A DNA stretch of 64,000 nt from Candidatus Woesebacteria bacterium RBG_16_42_24 (GTDB lineage Bacteria; Patescibacteriota; Microgenomatia; UBA8517): NCBI GenBank assembly GCA_001792115.1, contig MGFX01000007.1:5265-69264 (forward strand), in the 5' to 3' direction. Of the stretch, positions 46,641-56,485 are shown piece by piece; within the stretch, counting starts at the first letter, position 1, and every line of letters starts with the position of its first letter. The notes under the pieces were generated by a model, which saw nothing but the letters and a program-made list of their open reading frames with translations, did no database searches and was not told where the DNA came from. Both the position numbers and the translations under genes were made by a program.

Positions 46641-47125
46641 ATCGTTTCTAATATTCCCCTCTTAAAATTTTCAGGGTGAGCTTTAGCCATAGCAGTAATT
46701 GTAACTACATCCAACCATTCTAGTTTGTCGATTTCCTGTTTATTAAATTCTCCGATATCGTCGGCAATGTCGACTCTGTAAACCATAGCAAAACACCCAA
46801 CACCGTCTTTTGGAGTCATTTTTCCCAATTCCTGAATCTTAGCTTCTTTAATACTCAATTCCTCGTTTAACCCCCGCTTGGCTGCCTCAAGATAACTCTC
46901 TCCCGAACGAACATGCTCTCCGCACGAAAAGTCGTAACATCCGGGAAAGATTTTTTTCTTCATTGACCGTGTCGGTAATAATATTTTATTTTCGGCGTTT
47001 AAAACAAAAATATTAACCACCCGGACATTATGCTCAAGCCCCCTCTTCCAGATATTGTTCCTTGTATCACGACCGACGACTTTATCGTTCCTATCTACAA
47101 TATCTAAATATTCTTCGTCTTCCAT
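46604..47125 (-). CDS. Nudix hydrolase carrying an FtsZ-type C-terminal tail (LLRKIH)
   Basis: Nudix box GEHVRSGESYLEAAKRGLNEELSI. The last 9 codons are encoded by the repeat module shared with ftsZ. Confidence 0.75.
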   Translation of the reverse strand: MEDEEYLDIVDRNDKVVGRDTRNNIWKRGLEHNVRVVNIFVLNAENKILLPTRSMKKKIFPGCYDFSCGEHVRSGESYLEAAKRGLNEELSIKEAKIQELGKMTPKDGVGCFAMVYRVDIADDIGEFNKQEIDKLEWLDVVTITAMAKAHPENFKRGILETITKFSALLRKIH

Positions 47126-47149
47126 AGGCTAACTATATTATATACGTCA

Positions 47150-47190
47150 ATTTTGTGGATTTTGCGAAGGAAGAGCCGGGATCTATTTGA
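47150..47190. repeat. Tail-module repeat copy B (just after the stop of the 47183..47572 gene; frameshifted and degenerate)
   Basis: Minus-strand ttcaaatagatcccggctcttccttcgcaaaatccacaaaattga matches atcccggccttccttcgcaaaatccac of ftsZ except for a 1-nt indel and loss of the terminal cactag. Confidence 0.7.
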
Positions 47191-47572
47191 AAGCAACCAT
47201 ATGTTTTTCCAATACCTCATTAAAATCCAACGCTGCGTCGGTCTCCGAGGCGCCTATCTCTGCCAAAGCATTCAATCTCGGTTGTACCTTGGGATACTCC
47301 TCGTAAAAATATGGATTATCCGGATTCAAACCCCGGGTGGTTATCGTTGAAAAGCGGGATACGAGAAGAATGCTTATCGCTTGCCCTTTGTCAATCAAGA
47401 TTTTCCCGGAATCGGGGTCCGTATGGCTTCGGATATACAAATCCAGAGCATCCGATGGGGCTAGAACAAAAGTTTCGTCCGTTTGGGGATTACGGAATCC
47501 TATTTTTCCCCCTTCAACTGGGAATACCTGGTATTCTCTAAGCTCAGCATTCGGAATAAATTCATGAGTCAT
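47183..47572 (-). CDS. Hypothetical protein
   Basis: 129 aa, no recognisable motif; lies between ftsZ and the Nudix gene on the same strand. A degenerate tail module follows its stop codon. Confidence 0.4.
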   Translation of the reverse strand: MTHEFIPNAELREYQVFPVEGGKIGFRNPQTDETFVLAPSDALDLYIRSHTDPDSGKILIDKGQAISILLVSRFSTITTRGLNPDNPYFYEEYPKVQPRLNALAEIGASETDAALDFNEVLEKHMVAFK

Positions 47573-47574
47573 AG

Positions 47575-47615
47575 CCTAGTGGATTTTGCGAAGGAAGGCC
47601 GGGATTTCAAATTTC
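47575..47615. repeat. Tail-module repeat copy C (ftsZ 3' end; encodes the conserved FtsZ C-terminal peptide [10 protein letters not shown]-stop)
   Basis: Minus-strand gaaatcccggccttccttcgcaaaatccactagg. IPAFLRK is the canonical FtsZ C-terminal partner-binding peptide. Confidence 0.75.
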
Positions 47616-48760
47616 TCGCCAAACATATCTTGTTCTTCTTCCTCCTCCGGTGGCTCCTCTGGCGGCCTTTTTTCTTCTTCCTCTTCCTCGTCCCCCTGGG
47701 CCTCTAGGGCTTGCGGGCCGGGAGCTTCCCGCCTCTCACTCACTACCCCCTGAATTACCGGAGGTTCTGGTTTTGGCTGGGAGATTTGTGCAAGTCGTGC
47801 TCTTGTTTCGTCAAACCCAGTGGCAATTACCGTAATTCTTACCTGGTCAACAAGTTCGTCTTTAATAACGGCCCCGAAAATAATATTGGCGTCAGCGTCA
47901 GCCGAGCTTGAAATAATCCTTGCAGCTTCGTCCACTTCAAACATTGTTAAGTCGGCACCCCCCGCAACATTAAAGAGTACCCCTCTTGCTCCCTCGATAG
48001 AGAGGTCAAGAAGCGGCGAGGATACCGCGGCACGTGCGGCCATTTGAGCTCGATTTTCTCCAACACCAGTTCCAATTCCCAGAAGAGCTGTTCCAGCATT
48101 TTGCATGATGGTTCTAACGTCAGCAAAGTCGACGTTAATTAGCCCCGGAGTCGTAATAATATCGGCAATCCCGCCAACCGCCTGCCCCAGAACCGAGTCA
48201 ACCACTTTAAAGGCTTCAAGAAGTGTCATTTTCCTATCAATCACATCCATCAACCTCTGATTTGGAATAACAATTAATGTGTCAACCGACTCTCTCAATT
48301 TCTCAACACCGTCCTCGGCGATTACCATTCTTCTTGTACCTTCAAAAGCAAAAGGTTTAGTTACAATACCCACAGTTAGGGCTCCGGACTCCTTTGCTAG
48401 TTTTGCGATAACAGGAGCCGCCCCCGTCCCGGTTCCTCCTCCCATTCCTCCCGTAATAAAAACCATGTCGGAGTCTAATAACAGTTCTTTTATTTTTTCG
48501 GTCGATTCTTCTGCTGCCTGTTGACCCTGCTGCGGGTCTCCCCCTACCCCTAACCCCTTAGTCAGCTTTTCTCCAATTTGAAGTTTTGTCGGAGCTTTAT
48601 TGGCAAGAAGAACCTGCGCGTCGGTATTAACTGCAATAAACTCCACGCCGTTAACGCTATTTGTCTCAAGCATTGAGGAAACGGCGTTTCCCCCACCACC
48701 GCCAACTCCAATTACTTTAATCTTCGCAATTCTTGCTGAATCTGGTTTAACGAGCGCCAT
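47576..48760 (-). CDS. ftsZ: Cell division GTPase FtsZ
   Basis: Tubulin signature GGGTGTG ([16 protein letters not shown]), T7 loop, acidic linker and C-terminal peptide IPAFLRKIH. Confidence 0.9.
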   Translation of the reverse strand: MALVKPDSARIAKIKVIGVGGGGGNAVSSMLETNSVNGVEFIAVNTDAQVLLANKAPTKLQIGEKLTKGLGVGGDPQQGQQAAEESTEKIKELLLDSDMVFITGGMGGGTGTGAAPVIAKLAKESGALTVGIVTKPFAFEGTRRMVIAEDGVEKLRESVDTLIVIPNQRLMDVIDRKMTLLEAFKVVDSVLGQAVGGIADIITTPGLINVDFADVRTIMQNAGTALLGIGTGVGENRAQMAARAAVSSPLLDLSIEGARGVLFNVAGGADLTMFEVDEAARIISSSADADANIIFGAVIKDELVDQVRITVIATGFDETRARLAQISQPKPEPPVIQGVVSERREAPGPQALEAQGDEEEEEEKRPPEEPPEEEEEQDMFGEKFEIPAFLRKIH

Positions 48761-48817
48761 GAATATCTAAAACTAAGTCAGACGATTGTATACAAGGCAG
48801 GGAATTTTTACAAGTAC

Positions 48818-50089
48818 TTAGGGCAAGAGGTTTTTGATAGCTTCGACTAACTTTCCAGCTATCCCTTTTGTGGGTAGTTTTATTCTTTTGCCTATACTTG
48901 TCAAGCCCTCTTTTCCCGGCTCGTTAGCTCCATAAAGAATCAAGCCAACGCAAGTCGAAAAAGAAGGATTAATTACGTCATCAATGAGGCCTCCAATACC
49001 TTTTGGTTTCCCAATTCTAACAGGCAGTGAAAGCATTCGACGTGCTGCATCTTCTATGCCTACGGTTTCTGCTCCTCCGCCCGTTACCACAACTCCAGAG
49101 GGAACTCTATTGGCAACGTCCGCTTTATCAAGCTCAAGTCGCACCATTGTAAAAATTTCATTCAAGCGCGGCCTTATAATTCCATCTACCAGGGTTCTTT
49201 TTGAAACATTCTTTACCTCGGGAACACCTAAGCTTTCTAAATCCAAAGTGTCTCCTTCTTCCTTTGTCTTCTTGTCTTTTTTTGCCGAATCCGAAAGAAA
49301 AACTTTAATTTTTTCCGCCGACTCCAAGGACACCCTTAAACCTATAGCTAAATCATTGGTTACATTCTTGGCACCAATCGGAATAACTCCAGAATAGGTA
49401 ATCGCTCCGTCGATAAATGCAGCTACCGAAGTCGTTCCACCACCAATATCGACTACCACGCACCCCAACTCTTTCTCGGTACTCGAAAGAATAGCTTCAG
49501 CTGATGCTAAAGCGGAAAAAACCAATCCTTCTGTCTCTATTCCAACCTCTTTAGCCGCCTTCCTCAAATTTTTGATGGCTGCAAAGGACGCTGTAATTAT
49601 GTGGGTGTCGACTTCAAGTCTCACTCCGCTCATTCCAATCGCGTCTTTCACTCCAGCCTCTCCGTCAACAATAAACTCGCGGGGAACCACATGAATGACC
49701 TCTCGAGAAGAAGGAAGCGAAACTGCCGAAGCTCCTTCAATCACACGGTCAACGTCGTCTTGGGTTATCTCCCCATCAGGATCCGAAACAGCAACGACTC
49801 CGTGGGAATTTTGTGATGCCATATGTGCCCCGGAAACGGCAATATATGCACTGTCGAGATTGTATCCCGCCATCCTCTCAGCCGCCTCAATAGAAGCAAT
49901 TGCCACCTCAACAGTCTCTTCAATATCAACTATCTGGCCTTTTTTCACTCCACGAGAGGGAACCGCTGCAACCCCTACGATATTAATACTTACCTCAAAG
50001 GTGGTCGGGTCGGTAACGACTTGAGCAATCAAAGTCGCCACTTTAGAAGACCCGAGCTCAACTGCCGCGACTATTCGATTTTTAGCCAT
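48818..50089 (-). CDS. ftsA: Cell division protein FtsA
   Basis: Actin-fold ATPase with SHS2 insertion: VAAVELGSSKVATLIAQV N-terminus, phosphate-2 VVDIGGGTT, and C-terminal GGGAE-like VVTGGGAE. Confidence 0.85.
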   Translation of the reverse strand: MAKNRIVAAVELGSSKVATLIAQVVTDPTTFEVSINIVGVAAVPSRGVKKGQIVDIEETVEVAIASIEAAERMAGYNLDSAYIAVSGAHMASQNSHGVVAVSDPDGEITQDDVDRVIEGASAVSLPSSREVIHVVPREFIVDGEAGVKDAIGMSGVRLEVDTHIITASFAAIKNLRKAAKEVGIETEGLVFSALASAEAILSSTEKELGCVVVDIGGGTTSVAAFIDGAITYSGVIPIGAKNVTNDLAIGLRVSLESAEKIKVFLSDSAKKDKKTKEEGDTLDLESLGVPEVKNVSKRTLVDGIIRPRLNEIFTMVRLELDKADVANRVPSGVVVTGGGAETVGIEDAARRMLSLPVRIGKPKGIGGLIDDVINPSFSTCVGLILYGANEPGKEGLTSIGKRIKLPTKGIAGKLVEAIKNLLP

Positions 50090-50111
50090 ATTTAATATTG
50101 TAGATTATTTT

Positions 50112-50783
50112 TCACTCCCGTAGAACTGGATTTTTGAATCTTAAGTCTATCTCTCTTGGCTTGACGTCTACCCCCTCGTATCTTTTTAGAACTAAAGCTA
50201 AAGATGAAATTAGTATTTCACGATCACCTTCAAGAGGAAAGATTACTTTTGTTCCGTCATTAAGGAAAATATATAACGCCCCATTCTCGACGACACCAAC
50301 TTTAACCTGATAGAAAGAAAATAAGTCAGCCAAAATTAAGAGTGCAAAAAAGTTCTCTTGACTAACTTTCTCTCCAACACTCCCGATGCCTTCCGGAATT
50401 ACGATTTGGGGCAGATTTGACGCCTCTTCAATAGAAACTATATACCCTTCCGCATCAACTAACGCAAGAGCTTTCGTGTCAGATCTTACGACTGCGAATT
50501 GGGGCTTCCTTTCTATTAAGTTAACACTTAGGCGATTTGGTAGATAAAATTGGATAGAAAAATCTTTGACTAAGACCTCGTGAGCTAATATTTCGGATAT
50601 CCCAACTTTCGCCTGGTGAAACGGTAGGCCCTCGAGATTCTCAAGTTTAGCAAAGATGGTTACGTTGCAAGGTCCAAATTGACTACTACAGGTTATATCC
50701 CCAATTTTCAGAATTCTTGATACAAAGATGGTTAATACTATAAGAACAAGAACTCCTAAAATTAGCTTTATAACAGTCTTCAC
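50112..50783 (-). CDS. ftsQ: Cell division protein FtsQ/DivIB-like
   Basis: Single N-terminal TM helix followed by a POTRA-like and beta domain. Its position between ftsA and murG is conserved in dcw clusters. Confidence 0.55.
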   Translation of the reverse strand: MKTVIKLILGVLVLIVLTIFVSRILKIGDITCSSQFGPCNVTIFAKLENLEGLPFHQAKVGISEILAHEVLVKDFSIQFYLPNRLSVNLIERKPQFAVVRSDTKALALVDAEGYIVSIEEASNLPQIVIPEGIGSVGEKVSQENFFALLILADLFSFYQVKVGVVENGALYIFLNDGTKVIFPLEGDREILISSLALVLKRYEGVDVKPREIDLRFKNPVLRE

Positions 50784-50784
50784 T

Positions 50785-51915
50785 TTAAACGTACTCCTTA
50801 ATCAGATCGACCAATTTCTTGGAGGCGCCCGTATCCGGGCTAATTTTGTGTCTAGTTTTTAGAGCGAAATAGTCCCAATTCCTGACCATATATAGAACCT
50901 CTTTAAAAAGAATATTAGACGTTAGGGTGTCTTGTCTTAACACCTTGGCAATTCCAAATTCCTCGGCGAACTTGGCGTTCTTCGTCTGTTCATCTTCATA
51001 GCTCCAGGGAATCGGGATAAGAATTGAGGGAATTTTTGTAATCATAATCTCGGAAACTGTATTTGCACCAGCCCGGGCAATAACTAGATCCGCACGCTTG
51101 TATACTTCACCCATTTGCATAGGATCTATTTGGGCAAATATTTGATATTTTTCCTTTAATTCCCCGGGTAAGTCGTGCTTTAACCTTGAAAACTTTTTGT
51201 AATCCATCGGCCCTGTGTGGTGAATCAGTTTAAACTTGGTAAGGAGTTTGGGTAGAACTCCCTCAATTAGGCTATTTATTGTTAGCGATCCTCTTGAACC
51301 TCCAGTTACAAATATTGTCGGGGGGGACACTAACTTATTTTTGGGAGTAACTAGCGAAATTTGGGCCATAGTAGGATTGCCCGTCACAATACACTTTTCT
51401 TGGGGGAAATATTTCATACTCTCAACTCTCGCCAGTGCAATCCTCTGTGCAAAATATGCCGAGTACTTATTGGCTCTACCTACGGCTACTGTTTGTTCAT
51501 GAACAATAACCGGTATCCTCCTTAGATATCCGGCCAAAACTACTGGGAATGCTGCAAAACCTCCGAATGAAAGAATTACATCGGGATTAATTTTAGATAA
51601 TTCCCAAAACGCAAAGAAAAAACCTAGAGGAATTTTAAAGAACGACGGAATTGTCCAAGATGTAAATCGCATCTGTAGCCTCCCGCTAATAATCGGGCGA
51701 AGTTTTACTCCCATTCTGGGGAAAATCGACTCTTCAATAGGCACAACTTTTTTTCCCTCGATGGCACTTTTTGGCCCTATCCAGTAAATATCCCAAAAAT
51801 TAGTTTGGGGGCCTTGCTTATTTAGTTCTTCGATAACCGAAAGTGCCGTCGTTGCCGCGTGTCCACCCGTAAGGACAATCTTTACAATTTTTCTTTCTCC
51901 TTCAGTTTTTGGCAT
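50785..51915 (-). CDS. murG: Undecaprenyldiphospho-muramoylpentapeptide beta-N-acetylglucosaminyltransferase
   Basis: GT-B fold; N-terminal GGHAATTALS (G-loop) and C-terminal GANTVSEIMITKIPSILIP. Start placed at MPKTEG. Confidence 0.8.
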   Translation of the reverse strand: MPKTEGERKIVKIVLTGGHAATTALSVIEELNKQGPQTNFWDIYWIGPKSAIEGKKVVPIEESIFPRMGVKLRPIISGRLQMRFTSWTIPSFFKIPLGFFFAFWELSKINPDVILSFGGFAAFPVVLAGYLRRIPVIVHEQTVAVGRANKYSAYFAQRIALARVESMKYFPQEKCIVTGNPTMAQISLVTPKNKLVSPPTIFVTGGSRGSLTINSLIEGVLPKLLTKFKLIHHTGPMDYKKFSRLKHDLPGELKEKYQIFAQIDPMQMGEVYKRADLVIARAGANTVSEIMITKIPSILIPIPWSYEDEQTKNAKFAEEFGIAKVLRQDTLTSNILFKEVLYMVRNWDYFALKTRHKISPDTGASKKLVDLIKEYV

Positions 51916-52993
51916 GTTTAGAAATATTAAGTAGTATACCAGCTGCAACCAAGATCATGGTTAGGGCGCTCCCCCCATAAGAAAAAAAAGGCAAAGGTAC
52001 ACCAGTAAGGGGGGTCAGGGCGACCATTGAGCCAATATTTAAAAATATTTGACCCCCAATCCAGGAAGCTATACCAATTGTAAGTAGCTGGGAAAATTTG
52101 TCCGGAGCATTTTTGGCAATAATAAGGACCTTTATAACAAATGCTGCTAAAAGAAAAATAACGACCAAGGCTCCGACAAAGCCTACTTCCTCGGCGACAA
52201 CCGCAAACACCGAATCCGTCGCCGCCTCTGGCAGAAAGAGATATTTCTGCCGAGACGCCCCCAAGCCCACTCCGAAAAGACCACCTGAACCTAGCGCAAG
52301 GAGTACCTGCCTTATATGATAGGATTTACCTAAAGGGTCCTGAGTTTGTTCGAAAAAGGTTAGCAGCCTATCTCGTCTATACTGCGAGGTGAGTACAAGA
52401 ATCAAGCTTGCTGTTACCCCTAAGGCCAACGCTCCAAAAAAGTAGAGTAAACTAATCCCTGAAACGAAAATTTGCGCCATTGAGGCGGCACCTACGACCA
52501 GGAAAGTGCCCAGGTCTGGCTGAAGCATTATAAGCCCCAAAACAATTACAAGCGGCAAAAAATAAGAAAGCGGTCCCTTGCCTTTGCTATAAGCTTTCGC
52601 CAAATAAATGGCCAGGCTAAGCTTCACAAACTCCGAGGGTTGAATCGAAACCGTACCAATTACTATCCACCTCCTTGCTCCCAGGGCCGAAACTCCGAGC
52701 GAAGGAAAAAGAACAGCAACAAGTCCTAAAATGCTTAGAAAAAGTAATGGGAGAGCCAACTTTTCCCAGAAAGAGTAATGAATTTTTGAAACAATAAAAA
52801 GAAGAACGAGACCTATCCCCCCCCAAACAATTTGCTGTTTTACAAAATAAAATTTGTCGTTAAAGGCGCTTAATGCCTGGGGCGCTGAAGCATCGGCAAC
52901 AGCAATAAGACCCAAAGCCGTTAAGCTTAGAGTAAGAACGAGAAATGTCCTGTCCCAAACTTTCTTTTGTCTGGATAGACGCAGTTTTCTCAC
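51902..52993 (-). CDS. ftsW: SEDS-family peptidoglycan glycosyltransferase FtsW
   Basis: 10-TM SEDS signature (ATDSVFAVVAEEVGFVGA...LTPLTGVPLPFFSYGGSA); located between mraY and murG. Confidence 0.8.
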   Translation of the reverse strand: MRKLRLSRQKKVWDRTFLVLTLSLTALGLIAVADASAPQALSAFNDKFYFVKQQIVWGGIGLVLLFIVSKIHYSFWEKLALPLLFLSILGLVAVLFPSLGVSALGARRWIVIGTVSIQPSEFVKLSLAIYLAKAYSKGKGPLSYFLPLVIVLGLIMLQPDLGTFLVVGAASMAQIFVSGISLLYFFGALALGVTASLILVLTSQYRRDRLLTFFEQTQDPLGKSYHIRQVLLALGSGGLFGVGLGASRQKYLFLPEAATDSVFAVVAEEVGFVGALVVIFLLAAFVIKVLIIAKNAPDKFSQLLTIGIASWIGGQIFLNIGSMVALTPLTGVPLPFFSYGGSALTMILVAAGILLNISKHAKN

Positions 52994-52994
52994 T

Positions 52995-54050
52995 TCAAAT
53001 TGTAGCCAGCCAGAGTCCGAAAATTGCCAGCATGAGTCCTGCCAACCAAGCTCTGATTACAATTTTTGGCTCTTCCCAACCTATTGCCAAGAATGTGTGG
53101 TGAATAGGAGCTAATGGAAAAATAGGTCTTTTCATAAATTTCCAGCCGAAAATCTGAATAGCGGAAGACGCAGCCTCGATTACGAAAATTCCCCCAATAA
53201 CTACTAAAGCGACCAAGCTTCCTGTTAATAATCCGATAACAGCCAGCGTCGCTCCAAATGAAAGGGCTCCTGCGTCACCCAAAAAGAGTCTCGCCGGCCA
53301 GACATTAAAATAAAGAAAGGCCATCATTATCCCTATCCAGATGGAGATGAATATCGAAAGCGGGGTATCGAGTCTCCCCTGGGTAATTATCAGGAATGCT
53401 AAGAGACAAATGACCAAAAGTCCCGAAGCCAAACCATCAAGCCCGTCTGTGATATTAAAAGCATTCGAAAACGATACTATTACAAAAGCGGTGAAAGGAA
53501 TATACCATATTCCCAAATCGTAAACCCTATCAAATAGGGGAATATGTAAAATATGAATCCCAAGATACCTATAGATCACGTAGCCTATTGAGAGTCCCAA
53601 AATCCACTGCAAAATGAATTTGTGCTTCCTGCCTAGACCAAATGAAAGACCTAAAATTCCTGCGTGGCTCTTCCCAAAAATTTTTACCAGGTCGTCTGAG
53701 AGTCCCAAAAGGCCAAAAGATAAGAAGGTGAGAAATATGATGAAAAGCTCTGTCTTTAGTTCAAAGGAACTTCTGATAAAAACTCCCAAGTAGGAAGCTA
53801 GGGGGAATACCAAGGCAAAAAGCAGACAAACAAGGACAATAATCAAAATTCCACCCCCGACTGGGGTCCCGGCTTTAATATCGTGCAGCTTGTCAAAAAG
53901 CGGTACTTTACCCTTCCTCGGCGCTTCCTTTTTCCTGGTAAGTTTAAATTTATAAAGAAGGTCAATAAAAGGAATTACCAAAACCGAGGCTATGGAAAAC
54001 GAAAATATGATTAGCCCCAGGCCGAGCGATAAGTAGCTTGAAGAACCCAT
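52995..54050 (-). CDS. mraY: Phospho-N-acetylmuramoyl-pentapeptide transferase
   Basis: NAFNITDGLDGLASG and DDLVKIFGKSHAG motifs, ~10 TM helices. Confidence 0.9.
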   Translation of the reverse strand: MGSSSYLSLGLGLIIFSFSIASVLVIPFIDLLYKFKLTRKKEAPRKGKVPLFDKLHDIKAGTPVGGGILIIVLVCLLFALVFPLASYLGVFIRSSFELKTELFIIFLTFLSFGLLGLSDDLVKIFGKSHAGILGLSFGLGRKHKFILQWILGLSIGYVIYRYLGIHILHIPLFDRVYDLGIWYIPFTAFVIVSFSNAFNITDGLDGLASGLLVICLLAFLIITQGRLDTPLSIFISIWIGIMMAFLYFNVWPARLFLGDAGALSFGATLAVIGLLTGSLVALVVIGGIFVIEAASSAIQIFGWKFMKRPIFPLAPIHHTFLAIGWEEPKIVIRAWLAGLMLAIFGLWLATI

Positions 54051-54077
54051 CTTTAGAATTATATTGTACCTAGGATT

Positions 54078-55331
54078 TTAAGACAACCTTGCAATAAGAT
54101 TATCGAGGCCAACACTCCGTGAGCCTTTAACTAAAACTATTATTCCTTCTCTTAAAAGTTTCTTTGCCGGTTTCACTGCCTCTTTCCAATTTGGTACAAC
54201 CAAAACTCTTTCTTGGCCCAAAATTCGAGCAGCCGTGCGAGCCGTAACTTCTGAGGCATGCCCTACACAGATAAGGTTTGCCACGCCAGCCTTTCCAATA
54301 TATTCGCCCAACTCCCTGTGGTATTTCTCCTCCCACCTTCCTAGCTCTAACATGTCTCCAAAGATTATGACTTTCTCTCCTTGGAGCTCCTCAAGAGTGG
54401 AGAGCGCCTCTATGGCAGCCCTGGGGCTACTATTATAAGAATCGTCAATAATGATCGCCCCGGAGGCGTGTTTTATTACTCTCATTCTATGAGGCGGGGC
54501 GTCGTAATTTGTGAGACCATTCCTGATTTTGTCTACATCGACCCTTAAAGCATAGGCTACAGCTGCCGCGGCTAGGGCATTGCCGATAAATTGTTTCCCA
54601 AAAACTGGGAGCGAAATTTTGATTTTTTTTCTAGAGTTTTGATCAAGGATTAACAAAAACTCTGTCTTAAAATCACTAGTAAACTTTTCTTGAGACGACA
54701 TCACGTGAGTATCATTACCAAACCAAAGAGTTTTAGTCTTTGCCTTTCCTTTTAGTTTGGTCAAAAACTTGTCCTCATTATTAAGAACCGCTATCCCCTC
54801 TTTAGAAAGACCATTTACCAGTTTACTTTTCTCTCTGAAGACCCCTCCGGTATCGCCAAAAAAAAGTGTATGGGTGGGATAGATATTGGTAATTACGCCG
54901 ATATCAGGTCGGGAAAGCCACAAGTAAAAATCCATCTCTCCAAGATACTCTACCGACATTTCAAGAATTAGAAATTTTGCCCCCCAAGGTATTCTTAAAA
55001 TTGTGTTTGGAATATTGTAAACAGAGTCTACGCCTTCTTTCGACCAAACAGTTTTCCCAGAAAGATTCAAAATTGATGCGAGCATTTGAATAGTGGTCGT
55101 TTTACCAGCACTTCCGGTAACTGCAATAACTTTAATATCTGTATACCTTTGAAGAATTTTTAAATACCCCCTAGCCAGCCTTCTTTTAACGGGGTGAGCT
55201 AACCATTGCGATATGACGTGTCGAACTATTCCAAAAATATTTTTATTCTTGAGAAATGGAAGTTCAAAAACGTCGTGATATGGAAGTTTCGGTGTTACCC
55301 ACCACTTTAGTATTGGATTAATTGTATTCAT
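54078..55331 (-). CDS. murF: UDP-MurNAc-tripeptide--D-alanyl-D-alanine ligase
   Basis: Mur ligase P-loop VIAVTGSAGKTTT and central/C-terminal Mur ligase domains. Assigned MurF from its position next to mraY. Confidence 0.75.
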   Translation of the reverse strand: MNTINPILKWWVTPKLPYHDVFELPFLKNKNIFGIVRHVISQWLAHPVKRRLARGYLKILQRYTDIKVIAVTGSAGKTTTIQMLASILNLSGKTVWSKEGVDSVYNIPNTILRIPWGAKFLILEMSVEYLGEMDFYLWLSRPDIGVITNIYPTHTLFFGDTGGVFREKSKLVNGLSKEGIAVLNNEDKFLTKLKGKAKTKTLWFGNDTHVMSSQEKFTSDFKTEFLLILDQNSRKKIKISLPVFGKQFIGNALAAAAVAYALRVDVDKIRNGLTNYDAPPHRMRVIKHASGAIIIDDSYNSSPRAAIEALSTLEELQGEKVIIFGDMLELGRWEEKYHRELGEYIGKAGVANLICVGHASEVTARTAARILGQERVLVVPNWKEAVKPAKKLLREGIIVLVKGSRSVGLDNLIARLS

Positions 55332-55333
55332 TA

Positions 55334-56485
55334 TTATCTAACTAACACTCTGGGAATCCTTTCATTTATCCTTGCAATCATTTCATAATTAATTGTACCG
55401 CTTCTTTCAGCCAATTCTTCTGCCGAAATTGACTCCTTCCCACTTGGCCCCATTAAGAGAACCTCGTCCTCAACATGAACATTTTTAATATTGGTTACAT
55501 CCACAACTATCATATTCATCGCGACCCTGCCGACGAGAGGAGTGAATTTGCCTTTTATAAGAACTCTTGAATTATTCGACAACCCCCTATCGTACCCATC
55601 GGAATAACCGACCGGAACAACCGCAATTTTAGTTTTTCTGTGTGCAAACCAGCTCCTGCCGTAGCCTACCGATTCGCCAGCCTCTATCTCCTTTACCTGG
55701 GCAACTATACTCTTCCAAGAAAGAACGGGTTTAAGAATTAATTTCTTTTTTCTAGTAGCAAGGGCTATTTTAGTTTCTCGCGAGGGCCAAAGACCATAAA
55801 GGGCTATTCCAATTCTTACCATTTTGAAATGGGTCTTGGGGTAAAGAATTGCCCCTGCGCTTGCTGCCGAATGAATTAAAGGGGGATGGATTCCATTTCG
55901 CTTCAACGCGGCAATTGCTTTATTTAAATTCTTTAATTGCAGATTAGCAAAACTCGCATCAAGCGTATCCTCGATATTGGCAAAGTGTGTAGATACACCC
56001 TCCAAAAACATCCTCTTTTCATTTTTAAGAATGTGTTTTGATAGCGTAAGCAAAGCTTCTTTCCCCACTCCCTGTCTATTTAATCCGGTTTCAATTTTAA
56101 TGTGCAATTTAGCCTTTATAGGAAGATTTAGATTTACAATCTTATTTATACTTTCTCGGTTATATACGACCATTGAAATGTTTTTTTCTATAGCCTCTTT
56201 CATACGAGAAAGTGGGGTGTAACCCAAAATTACAATTGGTTTATTGGAAAGCTCTCTAACTATTAGGGCTTCCTCGATATTGTCCACGCAAAACCAATCG
56301 GTTGTATCTTTAAGGATTTCAACGACTTCACGGATTCCGTGTCCATAAGCATTTGCCTTGATCACACAACCAATTTTCGTTTTTGCTCCTACGATTCCCT
56401 TTATTTCACTTAAATTGTGAAGTAATGAAGACCTAGAAATCTCAATCCAAGTCTTGAAAGGAAGCGAATTATTTTTCGAGTGCAT
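55334..56485 (-). CDS. alr: Alanine racemase
   Basis: PLP-binding VIKANAYGHG, TIM barrel plus C-terminal beta domain. Confidence 0.85.
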   Translation of the reverse strand: MHSKNNSLPFKTWIEISRSSLLHNLSEIKGIVGAKTKIGCVIKANAYGHGIREVVEILKDTTDWFCVDNIEEALIVRELSNKPIVILGYTPLSRMKEAIEKNISMVVYNRESINKIVNLNLPIKAKLHIKIETGLNRQGVGKEALLTLSKHILKNEKRMFLEGVSTHFANIEDTLDASFANLQLKNLNKAIAALKRNGIHPPLIHSAASAGAILYPKTHFKMVRIGIALYGLWPSRETKIALATRKKKLILKPVLSWKSIVAQVKEIEAGESVGYGRSWFAHRKTKIAVVPVGYSDGYDRGLSNNSRVLIKGKFTPLVGRVAMNMIVVDVTNIKNVHVEDEVLLMGPSGKESISAEELAERSGTINYEMIARINERIPRVLVR

